Origin: Blastocladiella emersonii ATCC 22665
Taxonomy: Eukaryota > Fungi > Blastocladiomycota
Direction: 5' to 3'
Assembly: GCA_025594325.1 (NCBI GenBank)
Contig: JANHCV010000013.1
Location: 806,001 to 870,000 of the forward strand
DNA length: 64,000 nt
Under the pieces are notes generated by a model. It saw nothing but the letters and a program-made list of their open reading frames with translations, was not told the DNA's origin and made no database searches. Shown in pieces: positions 1-11,281 of the stretch (positions are counted from its first letter, which is position 1; every line of letters begins with the position of its first letter). Made by a program: the position numbers and the translations under genes.

Positions 1-4
1 GACC

Positions 5-3000
5 ATGAAGCTGCTTGGCATCCTCGGCGCGCTCGACCCGTACAAGCACAAGCAGATCAACCGCCAGGCGACCGACGCGGTCAACGTCATGAACAACATC
101 GACCCGACCGCCATGATGATGATGGGCATCGGCCCGTCACACGAGGACTACTACCCGTCGGTCGCCATCAACGCCCTCATGATCATCTGCCGCGACAACG
201 CGCTGTCGGCGCACCACACGGCCGCCATCAAGGCCGTCATGTACATCTGCAAGACGCTCGGGCTGAAGTGCGTGCCGTTCCTGCCGCAGATCATCCCGCC
301 GCTCCTCGCCATGCTGCGCAGCTCGCTCCCCGCCATGCTCGACTTCTTCTTCCAGGAGCTCGCGCAGCTCGTCCAGGCGGTCGGCGTCCACATGACGTCG
401 TACCTCCCCGACATGATCGCCCTCATCGAGCAGCACGCCAAGACGCTCGAGCTCACGGTCATGACGCTCGTCGAGTCCCTCGCGATCTCGCTCGAGGCCG
501 ACTTCACGGTCCACCTGCCCGTCCTGCTCCCGCACATCCTCGGCATCTTCGACTCGGACCACTCGGAGAACCACCGCGCCACCTTCAAGGTCCTCGACAT
601 CCTGTGCATCGTCGGCGTCGGCCTGCAGGAGTACATGTTCCTCGTCCTGCGCCCGCTGATGCGGCTCATCGAGACGCCCGCCGCCGACCCGGCGATCCGC
701 CGGTACGCCGTCACCGCGCTCGGGTTCATCGTCCAGCGCGTCGCCATCGCCCACCACTCGTCGCGCATCATCCACCCGCTCGTCCGGTGTCTCGCCGCCG
801 CGCCCGCCGATCTGCGCGCGGCGATCATGGACGCGCTCACGGCCCTCATGATGCAGATGCGGTCCGACTTCCTCCTGTTCGTGCCCATCATCCACAAGGC
901 GTATACGCGGCACCGCATCCACCACGCGCCGTACGAGCGGTGCCTCACGCTGCTCCTGCGCAACGAGCCGCCGCCCGAGTTCGCGATCGCGCCGCCGAGC
1001 CCCGTGCGCGTCCCGAATGGTGCCGCGGCGGTGGCGGGCCCCGAGCCGCTGCAGAAGCTGCCCGTCAACCAGGTGCAGCTCAAGCGCGCGTGGGAGACCA
1101 ACCACAAGTCGACAAAGGACGACTGGCTCGAGTGGCTGCGGCGGCTCAGCATCGAGCTGCTCAAAGAGTCGCCGAGCCCGGCGCTGCGCGCGTGTTCCGC
1201 GCTCGTCAGCGTGTACGCGCCCCTCGCGCGGCAGCTGTTCAACGCCGCGTTCGTCAGCTGCTGGGCCGAGCTGTTCGACCAGTACCAGGACGAGCTCGTG
1301 CGCGCGCTCGAGACGGCGCTCACGTCGCCCAACATCCCGCCCGAGATCCTCCAGACGCTGCTCAACCTCGCCGAGTTCATGGAGCACGACGATAAGCCAC
1401 TGCCCATGGACCTCCGCACGCTCGGCATGTACGCGACCAAGTGCCAGGCGTACGCCAAGGCGCTCCACTACAAGGAGCTCGAGTTCATCTCGGAGCCGTC
1501 GACGGCCGCCATCGAGTCGCTCATCTCCATCAACAACTACCTGCAGCAGCCCGACGCGGCCATCGGGATCCTGACGTTCGCGCAGCAGCACCACCAGGTC
1601 AAGCTCAAGGAGAACTGGTACATCAAGCTCGAGCGGTGGGAGGACGGGCTCGAGGCGTTCAAGCGGCGCGCGCGCGAGGACCCGTTCAACTTCTCCATCA
1701 CCTACGGCATCATGAAGTGCCTGCACAAGCTCGGCGAGTGGGAGCAGCTCGCGCACCTGGCGCGCGAAAAGTGGGTCAACGCGTCGTCCGAGGAGCGCCG
1801 CGCCATCGCGCCGTTCGCGGCCGCCGCCGAGTGGGGGCTCGGCCACTGGGAGGCCATGGACGAGTACATTCACGTGCTCAAACCCGAGTCGCCCGACGGG
1901 TCCTTCTTCCGCGCGATCCTCGCCGTCCACCGCAACCTGTTCCCGCAGGCGCAGCAGTTCATCAACAAGACGCGCGAGCTCCTCGACACCGAGTTCACGG
2001 CGCTCGTCGGCGAGTCGTACAACCGCAGCTACGACGTCGTGGTCCGCGTCCAGCTCCTCGCCGAGCTCGAGGAGATCATGCAGTACAAGCGCAACCACGA
2101 CTACCCGCAGGCCCAGGAGATGGTCCGGCTGACCTGGAAGAACCGTCTGCTCGGCACCCAGCGCAGCGTCGAGGTCTGGGACCGCATGCTCAAGGTCCGC
2201 TCCGTCGTCCTGTCGCCGCGCGAGGATACCGAGATGTGGATCAAGTTCTCGTCCCTGTGCCGCAAGTCGGCCCGGTTCGGCCTCTCGCACAAGACGCTCG
2301 TCAACCTCCTCGGGTTCGACCCCGTCCACGCCAACCTCCTCCAGGGCCCGCCGCCCGTCGTCTACGCGTACCTCAAGCACATGTGGGAGACGGGCGACGG
2401 CGGCACCGCCCTCCAGATGCTCCAGGTCTTCACCCAGCGGCTCGCCGAGACGATCACGGTGACGGCGGGGCTCGGCGGAACCGGCGGCTCGGGACCTGCT
2501 GGCGCAGCGGTCGTCGGCGCGATGGGACCCGGCTCGATCCACGCCGCCGCGGCCAAGGCGGCGGCCGCCGCCGTCACCGCGAGTACGGCTGCAGCAGCGG
2601 CTGCGGCCGCCGCCGCCGCGTCGTCGGCCAACGGGCTCGGCGTGTCCGCGACGAGCGGCACCGCGTCGCTCATGGGCGGCGGCGTCGCGGGCGGCAGCAC
2701 CAGCAGCGCGGCGCTCGCGGCGCACTCGGCGGCCGCGTCGGCGAGCTACTTCGGGACCGACAACGTGTCGCAGGCCAAGCTGCTCGCGCGGTGCTACTTC
2801 CGGACCGCCGAGTGGCAGGCGCAGCTGCAGGACAACTGGCCGGCCGAGGGCGCGCGGCACGAGATTCTGCACGGGTACCGGTTCGCGACGCAGTGCGACG
2901 AGACGTGGTACAAGGCGTGGCACGCGTGGGCGCTGGCGAACCTGCAGGTCGTGGCGCACTTCGAGCGGGTCGCGCCCGCGAACCCCGAGGAGTCCAAGGC

Positions 3001-5164
3001 CGTGATCGCGTCGCACGTCGTGCCCGCGCTCCAGGGGTTCGTCCACTCGATCGCGCTGTCCAAGGACGGCGACTCGCTCCAGGACACGCTGCGCCTGCTC
3101 ACGCTGTGGTTCAAGTACGGGCACCTGCCCGACGTGCACAAGACCATCGTCGACGGGTACAACAACATCACCATCGACACGTGGCTCCAGGTCATCCCGC
3201 AGCTCATCGCCCGCATCCACACGCCGTCCGTCAACGTGCGCCGGCTCATCCACCAGCTCCTGTGCGACGTCGGCAAGGAGCACCCGCAGGCGCTCATCTA
3301 CTCGCTCATGGTCGCGTCGAAATCGCCGTCGAACCAGCGCCGCGCCGCCGCCCTCGCCATCATGGACAAGATGCGCATGTACCGCGCCGACCTCGTCGAG
3401 CAGGGGCTGCTCGTCTCGCAGGAACTCATCCGCGTCGCGATCCTCTGGCACGAGCAGTGGCACGAGGCCCTCGAGGAGGCGTCAAGGCTCTACTACGGCG
3501 AGGGCAACGCCGACGCCATGATCGCCACGCTCGCGCCGCTCCATGACATGATGGCGCGCGGGCCCGAGACGCTCCGCGAGATTTCGTTTTACCACGCGTT
3601 CGGCCGCGACCTCGCTGAGGCCCACGAGTGGTGCGTCAAGTTCCTCGCGACGCGCGACAAGGACGATATCAACCAGGCGTGGGACCTGTACTTTGGCGTG
3701 TTCAAGCGCATCAACAAGCAGCTCACGCAGCTGTCGACGCTCGAGCTGCAGTACATCTCGCCGGCCCTGCTCGCCGCCAAGAACCTTGACCTCGCGGTCC
3801 CCGGATCGTACCGGTCGGGCGCGCCCGTGGTCAAGATCCGGCGGTTCTCGCCGCAGCTGCAGATGTTCATGACCAAGCAGCGGCCGCGGCGGCTCACGAT
3901 CCACGGCGACGACGGCAAGGACTACAACTACCTGCTCAAGGGCCACGAGGACATCCGGCAGGACGAGCGCGTCATGCAGTTCTTTGGGCTCGTCAACCAG
4001 CTGCTCGAGAACGACGCCGAGACATTCAAGCGGCACCTCAACATCACCCGGTTCCCGATCATCCCGCTGTCGCCCAACTCGGGCCTCATTGGGTGGGTCC
4101 CGCACTGCGACACGCTGCACACGCTGATCCGCGACTACCGCGAGTCGCGCAAGATCCTCCTCAACATCGAGCACCGGCTCATGGTCCAGATGGCCCCCGA
4201 GTACGACCAGCTCCCGCTCATGCAGAAGATCGAGGTGTTCGAGTACGCGCTCGAGAACACGACCGGCCAGGACCTGTACAAGGTGCTGTGGCTCAAGTCC
4301 AAGAACTCGGAGGCCTGGCTCGACCGACGCACCAACTACACGCGCTCGCTCGCCGTCATGTCCATGGTCGGCTACGTCCTCGGGCTCGGCGACCGCCACC
4401 CGTCGAACCTCATGCTCGACCGCTTCTCGGGCAAGGTCGTGCACATCGACTTTGGCGACTGCTTCGAGGTCGCCATGCTGCGCGACAAGTTCCCCGAGAA
4501 GATCCCGTTCCGCCTCACCCGCATGCTCATCAACGCCATGGAGGTGTCCGGCATCGAGGGCTCGTTCCGCATCACGTCCGAGCACGTCATGCGCGTCCTC
4601 CGCGAGAACAAGGACAGTCTCATGGCCGTCCTCGAGGCGTTCGTCTACGACCCGCTCATCAACTGGCGGCTCATGACAAACCCGAGTCCGCGCGCGGGTA
4701 CGCTTTTTTTGCGGGTTGTGGTCGCGTTGCATTGAGTCGCTGACTGACTCGCTCGCTCGCTCGCGCGCGTGTGTAGACAAGAAGCAGAAGAACGCGGACC
4801 TGCTCGACGACGGCAAGTCGGCCGCGTTCAGCGGCAAGCGCAACCAGGCCAACGAGTCCGAGCTGATCCAGCGTACGTTCCTTCTGATCTCGCTTCGCCC
4901 GCGACCCCACTCGCTCGCTCACTCACACCTCACGCACGACCCGTTCGTGTAGCTGAAGACGACCAGTCGGCGCAATACAAGCCCGAGGCGCTCAACACGC
5001 GCGCGGTGCAGGTCGTGCACCGCGTGTCCAACAAGCTCACCGGACGCGACTTCAAGCCGAACCAGGTGCTCGACGTCCCCTCGCAGGTCGACAAGCTCAT
5101 CGTCCAGGCCACGAGTCTCGAGAACCTGTGCCTGTGCTACATCGGCTGGTGCGCGTTTTGGTAA
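5..5164 (+). CDS. TOR: TOR serine/threonine kinase, 5'-truncated by the window (HEAT-FAT-FRB-kinase-FATC); introns 4698-4776 and 4873-4952
   Basis: [20 protein letters not shown]; kinase motifs [22 protein letters not shown] and HIDFGD. Two phase-1 GT-AG introns join the 1576-aa ORF to the FATC end [14 protein letters not shown]. Confidence 0.98.
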
Positions 5165-5274
5165 GTTGGGAGGAGGAGTAGAATCCGTAGAAAGTTTTGT
5201 ATTCAATCATCGAGTCGTGATGCGCAACGGGGGGAACTGAGCAGGAGGGAAAGGCGGAACGCGTCTCGCGGCGA

Positions 5275-5298
5275 TCACATGATATCGCGACGCGTCCC
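5275..5298 (-). promoter_or_regulatory. Composite motif copy (GGGACGCGTCG-CGATA-TCATGTGA) facing the TOR 3' end
   Basis: 22-nt core identical to the copy at 11144-11165; flanks unrelated. Confidence 0.6.
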
Positions 5299-6550
5299 GC
5301 GCCGTGCTCGCATGCACGATCAGTGGTCCCACTCCACCGGAGCCATCGATGCGCGAATTTCGACAGCGCGCTGCGACGTGCAAGTACTGAGGGCGTCGCG
5401 CGTACGAGGGCCGCGGACCTTTCACGGCACCCGCGCGCGCGACGCCCGAACAGCGCGCAGTCAAGATGCGTTTCATAAGCTTGGTGGGAGAGGACGGTGA
5501 TGAGTGCAATCGCTGGGAGCCGCTTCCAACACTACGGAGGGGATGGGGATGGTCAGACACTCGTCGCGGAGTGCGGGGGCGGGAGCCGCGTACCAATGCC
5601 AGGGCTCCAGCAGTTCAAACTAAGGCTTCTTAGACGTCGATAGCATGTGAAGCATTGACGGAAGCTGAGAGGGGTACCACGTCGTGTGCGAGCAAACGCT
5701 TTTCAACACCGCTGGTACAGGCGCGGACCCGATCGTTCTTGGTCACCGCTTCAAGTCAGCCATCACAGATGAGCGCGTGGACCCCGTTGAAGTACACAGA
5801 GAAACTCGCCAGCGTTCGGCCGCGGGCGACCAAGGTGGCAGTCGTGCAGTGACTGAGACGGCTCGTGAACGCATGGAGCGTGACATCCCGCTTCACCGCT
5901 CGATGTACAAAGAAAAAAACTCAAGAATTCGAAAGTCGGTTGCAAAAGATTAAGCCCCGGAATACCCGCTGAAAAGAGCTCGCGCGTCGTGTGTGCGAAA
6001 TCGCGAGCGTGGGAACCGAACCACGAGACTGCACGATGCGCGCCATTCAGGACGAAGGGGCCAGAATCTGCAAGATATCGGTGCCGCGGAGACGTTGCAT
6101 AAAGTGTGGTCTAGTTTCATGGGATGTGGGTCAGGGAACAAGGAGAAGCAGGACCGAGCACGCGTCGAGGCAGCAGCAGGGCACCACCACCACTCACCGC
6201 CCGGCACGTGCGGATGACCGTCGCGCGGCCCACATCTGTCCCACCGCGGCCGCATCGGGACGCGACACGTCTTTCACGCACAGCGGAATCGCTCGCATGT
6301 GAGCTCGGGTACCCCAGCCCGACACAGCCAACAACGCTCGAGTCACGACCACGTGCCGCGATGTCAAAGATGAGAGGGCGCCACGCGCGAGAGAGTCGCG
6401 GCTTTTTCACGGCGCCCACGCGCGCGACGCCCAAGCAGCGCGCGGTCGGAACAAACGTTGTAATCTTGTTGGCTGTAAGCATTTCAAAAACCAAAGGCTA
6501 AGGATCCTTGGGACTCTAGCATGGGGGTTGGGGCTATCAGAGTCGCGGTC
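5290..6550. repeat. Diverged direct duplication (~5290-5560 vs ~6255-6550)
   Basis: Shared colinear blocks such as TTTCACGGC..C.CGCGCGCGACGCCC.A.CAGCGCGC.GTC and GCTCGCATG, about 1 kb apart. Confidence 0.65.
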
Positions 6551-7383
6551 GAGAGCTCAAGCGGCAAGGCAGCGTACCGTTCCTCGCTTCCAGGGGACTG
6601 GATTCAGAACACGGTGTAACCGTTGTGGTCAGTGAGTGAGCTTGTCGGCCGGGTGAAGTGGAACACCATTGTGAGCACACGATGAGAATGCTGGGTGTGG
6701 GATCCAGCGTAGTCGCAATCGAACATTGACCTCGTGCCGCAGCAGCTGCCACACGTCGTCTCTTGATCACACTATGTGCTCTCGTCATGGCAGGGACGGC
6801 GAGTGGCATCCGGCTGAGGTTCTGGACCTCGAAGATACGCCGGTCAAGTCATATGAGCAAAAGCCTGAGTGGTAGGCACGCTTTATGAAGAAGTTGCGCG
6901 TGAAAGCATGAGGCGAAGGGCAACGGCCTGGATTCGCCTCGCTGCTGCCACACTTGAAGCACAGAAAAATCGCAAGGCGGGTGTAAAGACTGCATTGAGT
7001 TTTAGGCGCTGCCGACGCGTCGAGGCTGTTCCAAGTTGATGCGAGCTACTCGCCGTCCAACACGAAAAATGCGGCTACTGGCGCAGCCAATGTTCCATAA
7101 ACGCGTTGCGACATCTCCCGTCTAATTTCATGCGATATACATTCGGGTGAGAGAGCAGGCGTTCGGGCGGCCGTCGCTTCGCCTTGGTGCGCGCGCGTCA
7201 CCTGATGAACTCGCGGGACGCGTCGCTCATCTGCAGCGAATCCTGCGAACACGGGCTCTCAGTGGGTTTCAAGGGTAGAAGCGCTCTGAAGTTAACAGGT
7301 AGCCACGAACAGCGGGAGGCGGACGCAAGCGAGCATTTATTGATGGATAAGCGACGGAAGCCCAGCTGGATCGGCAGAGGCCA

Positions 7384-8310
7384 TCAAAGCCAGCCACCGT
7401 AGCGCCACCAGTTCTCGGTCTCGACCGTGTACTGATGGAAGTTGCGCGACACGAGGTTAAGGTCAAACCAGGCCCCTCCGAACTTGCGGAGCAGCTTGCT
7501 GATCATGTCCGTCTCTCCGATCAGCGAAAGCGCGTGAAGCGCGTTCTCCGCGACGGGCACTTTGGGGTACTTGAGCCACCAGTAAGCTGCGCAGGGTGCG
7601 TCGTTTTGCATCGCGAGCACGATCGGGTTGCGGGGCACCAGCCCGCTGAGATCGAGTGCCTCGTTCAGCACGTCGAGCATCGCAACGTCGTTGCTGGTCG
7701 TCGCGACCTCAATCGAGTGAGCCGACGGCCACAGGGTCTTGCCGCTGGAATGCTCCCACCACTTGACAGTCTTGACGTGCCCGTTCTGGATGGCGAGGTC
7801 GAGCGCCTGGTTCGTGCACAGCAGGTCGCCGCCGCACACGGTCTTCCACCACGACAGCATGGTGTTGTCGCCGCGCGCCGATGCGCCGTCGACCGCGCGC
7901 GTCGAGTACCGCATCGGCAGCCGCGGATCCTGCTGCGTCCGCCACCATTTTAGGACGTGGAAGTGCCCGTTGATGGACGCCTCGTCAAGCGCGTTCACCG
8001 AGTACTCTAGCGGACCAGTCGTCTCGAGCCACGCGCGCAGCACGTCGAGGTTTCCCTCGGCCGCGGCCCGTCCGATTGAGATTTCGGGGACGGACGGAGG
8101 CGGCGGCGGCAACTGCACCGGGACGGCCTCGATGCTGAGCAGTTTGGCACGCAGCATGCCGTTCTCGGCCTTGAGCTCCTGGGCGCGCGCCATGTCCTCG
8201 CCGTGGATAGCCCACACGCCCTGGTTCTCTGCGCGCAGCTGCTCGAGCTCAGTGCGCAGGCTCGCGGTCTCGGCCTCGAGCGCAGCAATACGAGCACGCT
8301 CTTGACGACC
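7384..8310 (-). CDS. Coiled-coil plus ankyrin-like repeat protein (5' end uncertain)
   Basis: Repeats AAAEGNLDVLRAW, ASINGHFHVLKWW and AIQNGHVKTVKWW. The frame extends upstream of the called ORF through RARIAALEAETASLRTELEQL to a TAG at ~8311. Confidence 0.8.
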   Translation of the reverse strand, partial: GRQERARIAALEAETASLRTELEQLRAENQGVWAIHGEDMARAQELKAENGMLRAKLLSIEAVPVQLPPPPPSVPEISIGRAAAEGNLDVLRAWLETTGPLEYSVNALDEASINGHFHVLKWWRTQQDPRLPMRYSTRAVDGASARGDNTMLSWWKTVCGGDLLCTNQALDLAIQNGHVKTVKWWEHSSGKTLWPSAHSIEVATTSNDVAMLDVLNEALDLSGLVPRNPIVLAMQNDAPCAAYWWLKYPKVPVAENALHALSLIGETDMISKLLRKFGGAWFDLNLVSRNFHQYTVETENWWRYGGWL

Positions 8311-8478
8311 CTATTTTTCGGTCTGGCGTGAGGACACAATTTGCAAGATGGCGGACTCGATTGGCCGGACCTGATTTCTGGGCCGCTTCCAGCTCTCCCG
8401 CGAGTAAGGTGTGTACGACAACTGACGTCGCTTCTGGGTTTCGGGGCATACTAATGGAATCGCCACTGAATCATGTAG

Positions 8479-9256
8479 CTACGAATGCTGGCTTCTCGTT
8501 GATAAGGATGAGGGCAACCGCTTCTCGTGCACCGTAGAGGAGCCGAACGGTTTGTGCTTCAACGACAACCCTCCGCTCAAAGACTTGCAGCTTTGCCAGG
8601 ACGGGAGTTCCGTGACTCGGACTTCGACTTCAACTTCGAGCACGCGCGCCTCGACGATCACGCCAACGTCAACGTCGACTCGATCAACGACGGCTCGATC
8701 CACGACGGCCCGATCCGCGACGGCTGCTTCGGATTTGGTTGCCGCGACCGCCACGACAGCCCAACGGCGCTCGAACAAGGCGACGGCTGTTACCGTCGCA
8801 TCGGACGCAGGCGTTTTGCCGCCGACCAGTTCGGTCGCCCTTCTGCCAACGGCGACGGCTGACACGCCATCAACGCTGCTTATTCTCGGTATCGCAATCC
8901 CCGTCGCTCTCATTCTTGCTATCGTCGCCGCTGCATTTATAATTTATCGCCGCGGCTCACGCGACTCTGCCGTGGCCACTCGGGGCACACTGCAGGCTAA
9001 TCAGCGTCAAGCTCGGCAACTTTCTGCCGCTCGCTCCGTGGATCGCCCGACCCCGCACCTTTCGCCGCGCTACGTTGCTCTACCTGTCGCACGATCCGTC
9101 GCCGTTCCCGCTACGACTGTTGCACTTGATGCCGAGGAACCGTTCCTCCCCACTGTGCCTGCTCGCAAAGACGTCAGCGTGGAGCACGCTCGCTTGGAAC
9201 CAGCTGAGCCTGATGTCGATGAAGGCACTCTCTTTCTTCCTCAGACTTCCCGGTAA
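8479..9256 (+). CDS. Single-pass membrane protein with Cys-containing ectodomain and Ser/Thr-rich stalk (Mid2/Wsc-like topology); 5' exon unresolved
   Basis: Thr/Ser-rich tract, then hydrophobic LLILGIAIPVALILAIVAAAFIIY followed by RRGSR; candidate upstream intron 8403-8478 (GTAAGG..ACTAAT..TAG). Confidence 0.65.
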
Positions 9257-9715
9257 AATCAGTAGTAATTGACATCAATCTCGAGGATCATATCATATTT
9301 TGTCTTTTCCCCCAATGTTGCCTCTGTTTCGTGTCAGTTAAACAGCGTCAGTCAGCCCCTCGGCACCCAAATTTTAGAGCAGCTGTTTGAACATCACTAT
9401 GAGTGCAAGAAACAACGCGGCGAAGCGAGCAAATCCAGCAGCAGGATGTTTTGAACTTCGACCTCGTTGCAGTCTCAGCTTGGCGAGATGATCAACGCGT
9501 GGTCACGTGAGTGGCGCGAGCCAATCTGATGGCATTGAAGTCGGTGATGAGCGAATCAACAAAGTACGAGCACGACCGCGCTTATTGTGGCCATTGATAT
9601 TGTTATTCGCGTAGTTGTTGAGCTAACATGCTGCATTCACTGCCGATATTCGTTGAATGCGGCCATACTCTTGCACTGGCCGCCGTGATGTGGCGGGGGT
9701 GGGTCTCGGCAAGAT

Positions 9716-11015
9716 GTGCACATGTATGCAAGCGAGAGAAATCTAGTCTGGGCGGGGACGGCCGAGTCCAAACGGCAAATGCTTGACTGGCTCATCGTTC
9801 GCGGGTGGACTGAAATGACCGACCATCAACAGCTCAGTACTCTCGTGCACACGTTTGCCCGTGATGGACTTCACACACCACCTGTATCTCAGGTACTGAC
9901 GCAGCTAGGCCTAGTCGTGTTTGGCAACGGCGGAAATCCTTCACTTGCGCTTGTCCCCGCTTCTGACTATCTCGTCAAGTGCATCTATCCCAAAGTCGAG
10001 CTGACGCCTGACCAGTTTGAAATCGTTTTGGAGTACCGTGATCGGCTTCAGATCAGTTCGGAGGTCTGGGGTAAAGTGATCGCCAGGACGATGCGAGGGC
10101 GCACCTGGCCCGTTGACATGATTCGCCGCAAGCTTAGCGTAGTTGAGTTAGCCAGCGCGTTCGTCAATGGTACACCTGTCCGCTGTCACATTCTCTCGCC
10201 CAACTAACAAGAATGAGTCTCCTTGACATTTAGCGATGGAAACCATCCTCTCAGAGCAACGACAGCCCCACAATCCTTCCAGCACCCAGTCAGCCGCTTG
10301 GCCAACCGCAGCGCAAGAAGTCGTGTTTTACGCTCACGACTCGAATCTTGGCGACCTGTCTGAACAGTTTGGAGCTGTACTCGCTCAGAACGAGCCTGAA
10401 ATTTCGCTCGCTTTGCTGCTCAACCGTAGAATGGTTGCAGATCCGGCCGACCATTTCGCGATCCTGGCTCAAGCACTTCGTAACGTCGGTGCTCAAGCTG
10501 GAGTACTTACATCGGTGACAGAATCCGTTGCGTGGATTTCCAGCGTCGCACTCGTTTCTCCCGCCTCTCGCGAGCGCTCCCTCGAACTCATTGCTGAGAC
10601 GGGCATCGCATCTCACCTGCTCAGTGCCATGCTCTGGCTGTCTGCATCGAACGTTGAGCCTAGCGAGCGCTCTGCGCCTGCCCTTAAAATTTGCTTTCAC
10701 TGTCCGATCACGTACCAGTCTGCGTGGCGCGATGAGCTTGACGCGCTGCTTCTCGGCTTCCCTCACACGCTCCGCAGCATTGAGCCTAGTAATTTCTACA
10801 GCGCAACAAATCAACAACCGACGTCGCTGGCCCAGGGTCTGGGAGCAGCACTCGAGCGCGAGGTCCACAACACGTGCTGCGCTCGCCGCGCTCAAAACGG
10901 GGGACAGACGCGTCATCTTCTCGCAGCGCTCGCTTGGGCTGACCGTGAATGGCTTTACGGCGTCATCAAGGCGAACGGTCCCGTTCCGACGAATGTGAAC
11001 GATGCGCTGCACTGA
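9716..11015 (+). CDS. Hypothetical helical protein with intron 10170-10233; weak resemblance to the Not1 N-terminus; true start probably further upstream
   Basis: A phase-1 intron (GTACAC..ACTAAC..TAG) joins ORFs 9716 and 10236 in frame. Confidence 0.55.
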
Positions 11016-11141
11016 TGTTTTCATTAACGTTTGAATACTTCACGTGATTTTCTCATCAGTTTCCAGCCCAGAATATCTGCTGCTCATCCCAACCGTTCGT
11101 TTATCGCATCGCGAGATGTCCCGCGAGTCGATGTCTCGAGG

Positions 11142-11165
11142 GCGACGCGTCGCGATATCATGTGA
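11142..11165 (+). promoter_or_regulatory. Composite motif copy (GCGACGCGTCG-CGATA-TCATGTGA), ~117 nt upstream of DUF4470 copy 1
   Basis: Direct sequence match to the consensus. Confidence 0.7.
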
Positions 11166-11281
11166 CATCACCTGGCCCGTTCCCACGTCGCAAGCGAGAG
11201 CGGGGCGACTCGTGGCTCGTCCATCCTTCTGCACGACCCCCAGCCCCACTCAATGTTAAACTCATGAAATAACTTGCTGCA

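Noticed and set aside
137-3546. Very long alternative-frame and antisense ORFs over TOR (1108 aa, 701 aa); likewise over eIF3b (47233-49362, 47672-49606) and PP2C
   Set aside because: Shadow ORFs expected from extreme GC3 bias; Arg/Ala/Gly-rich with no motifs.
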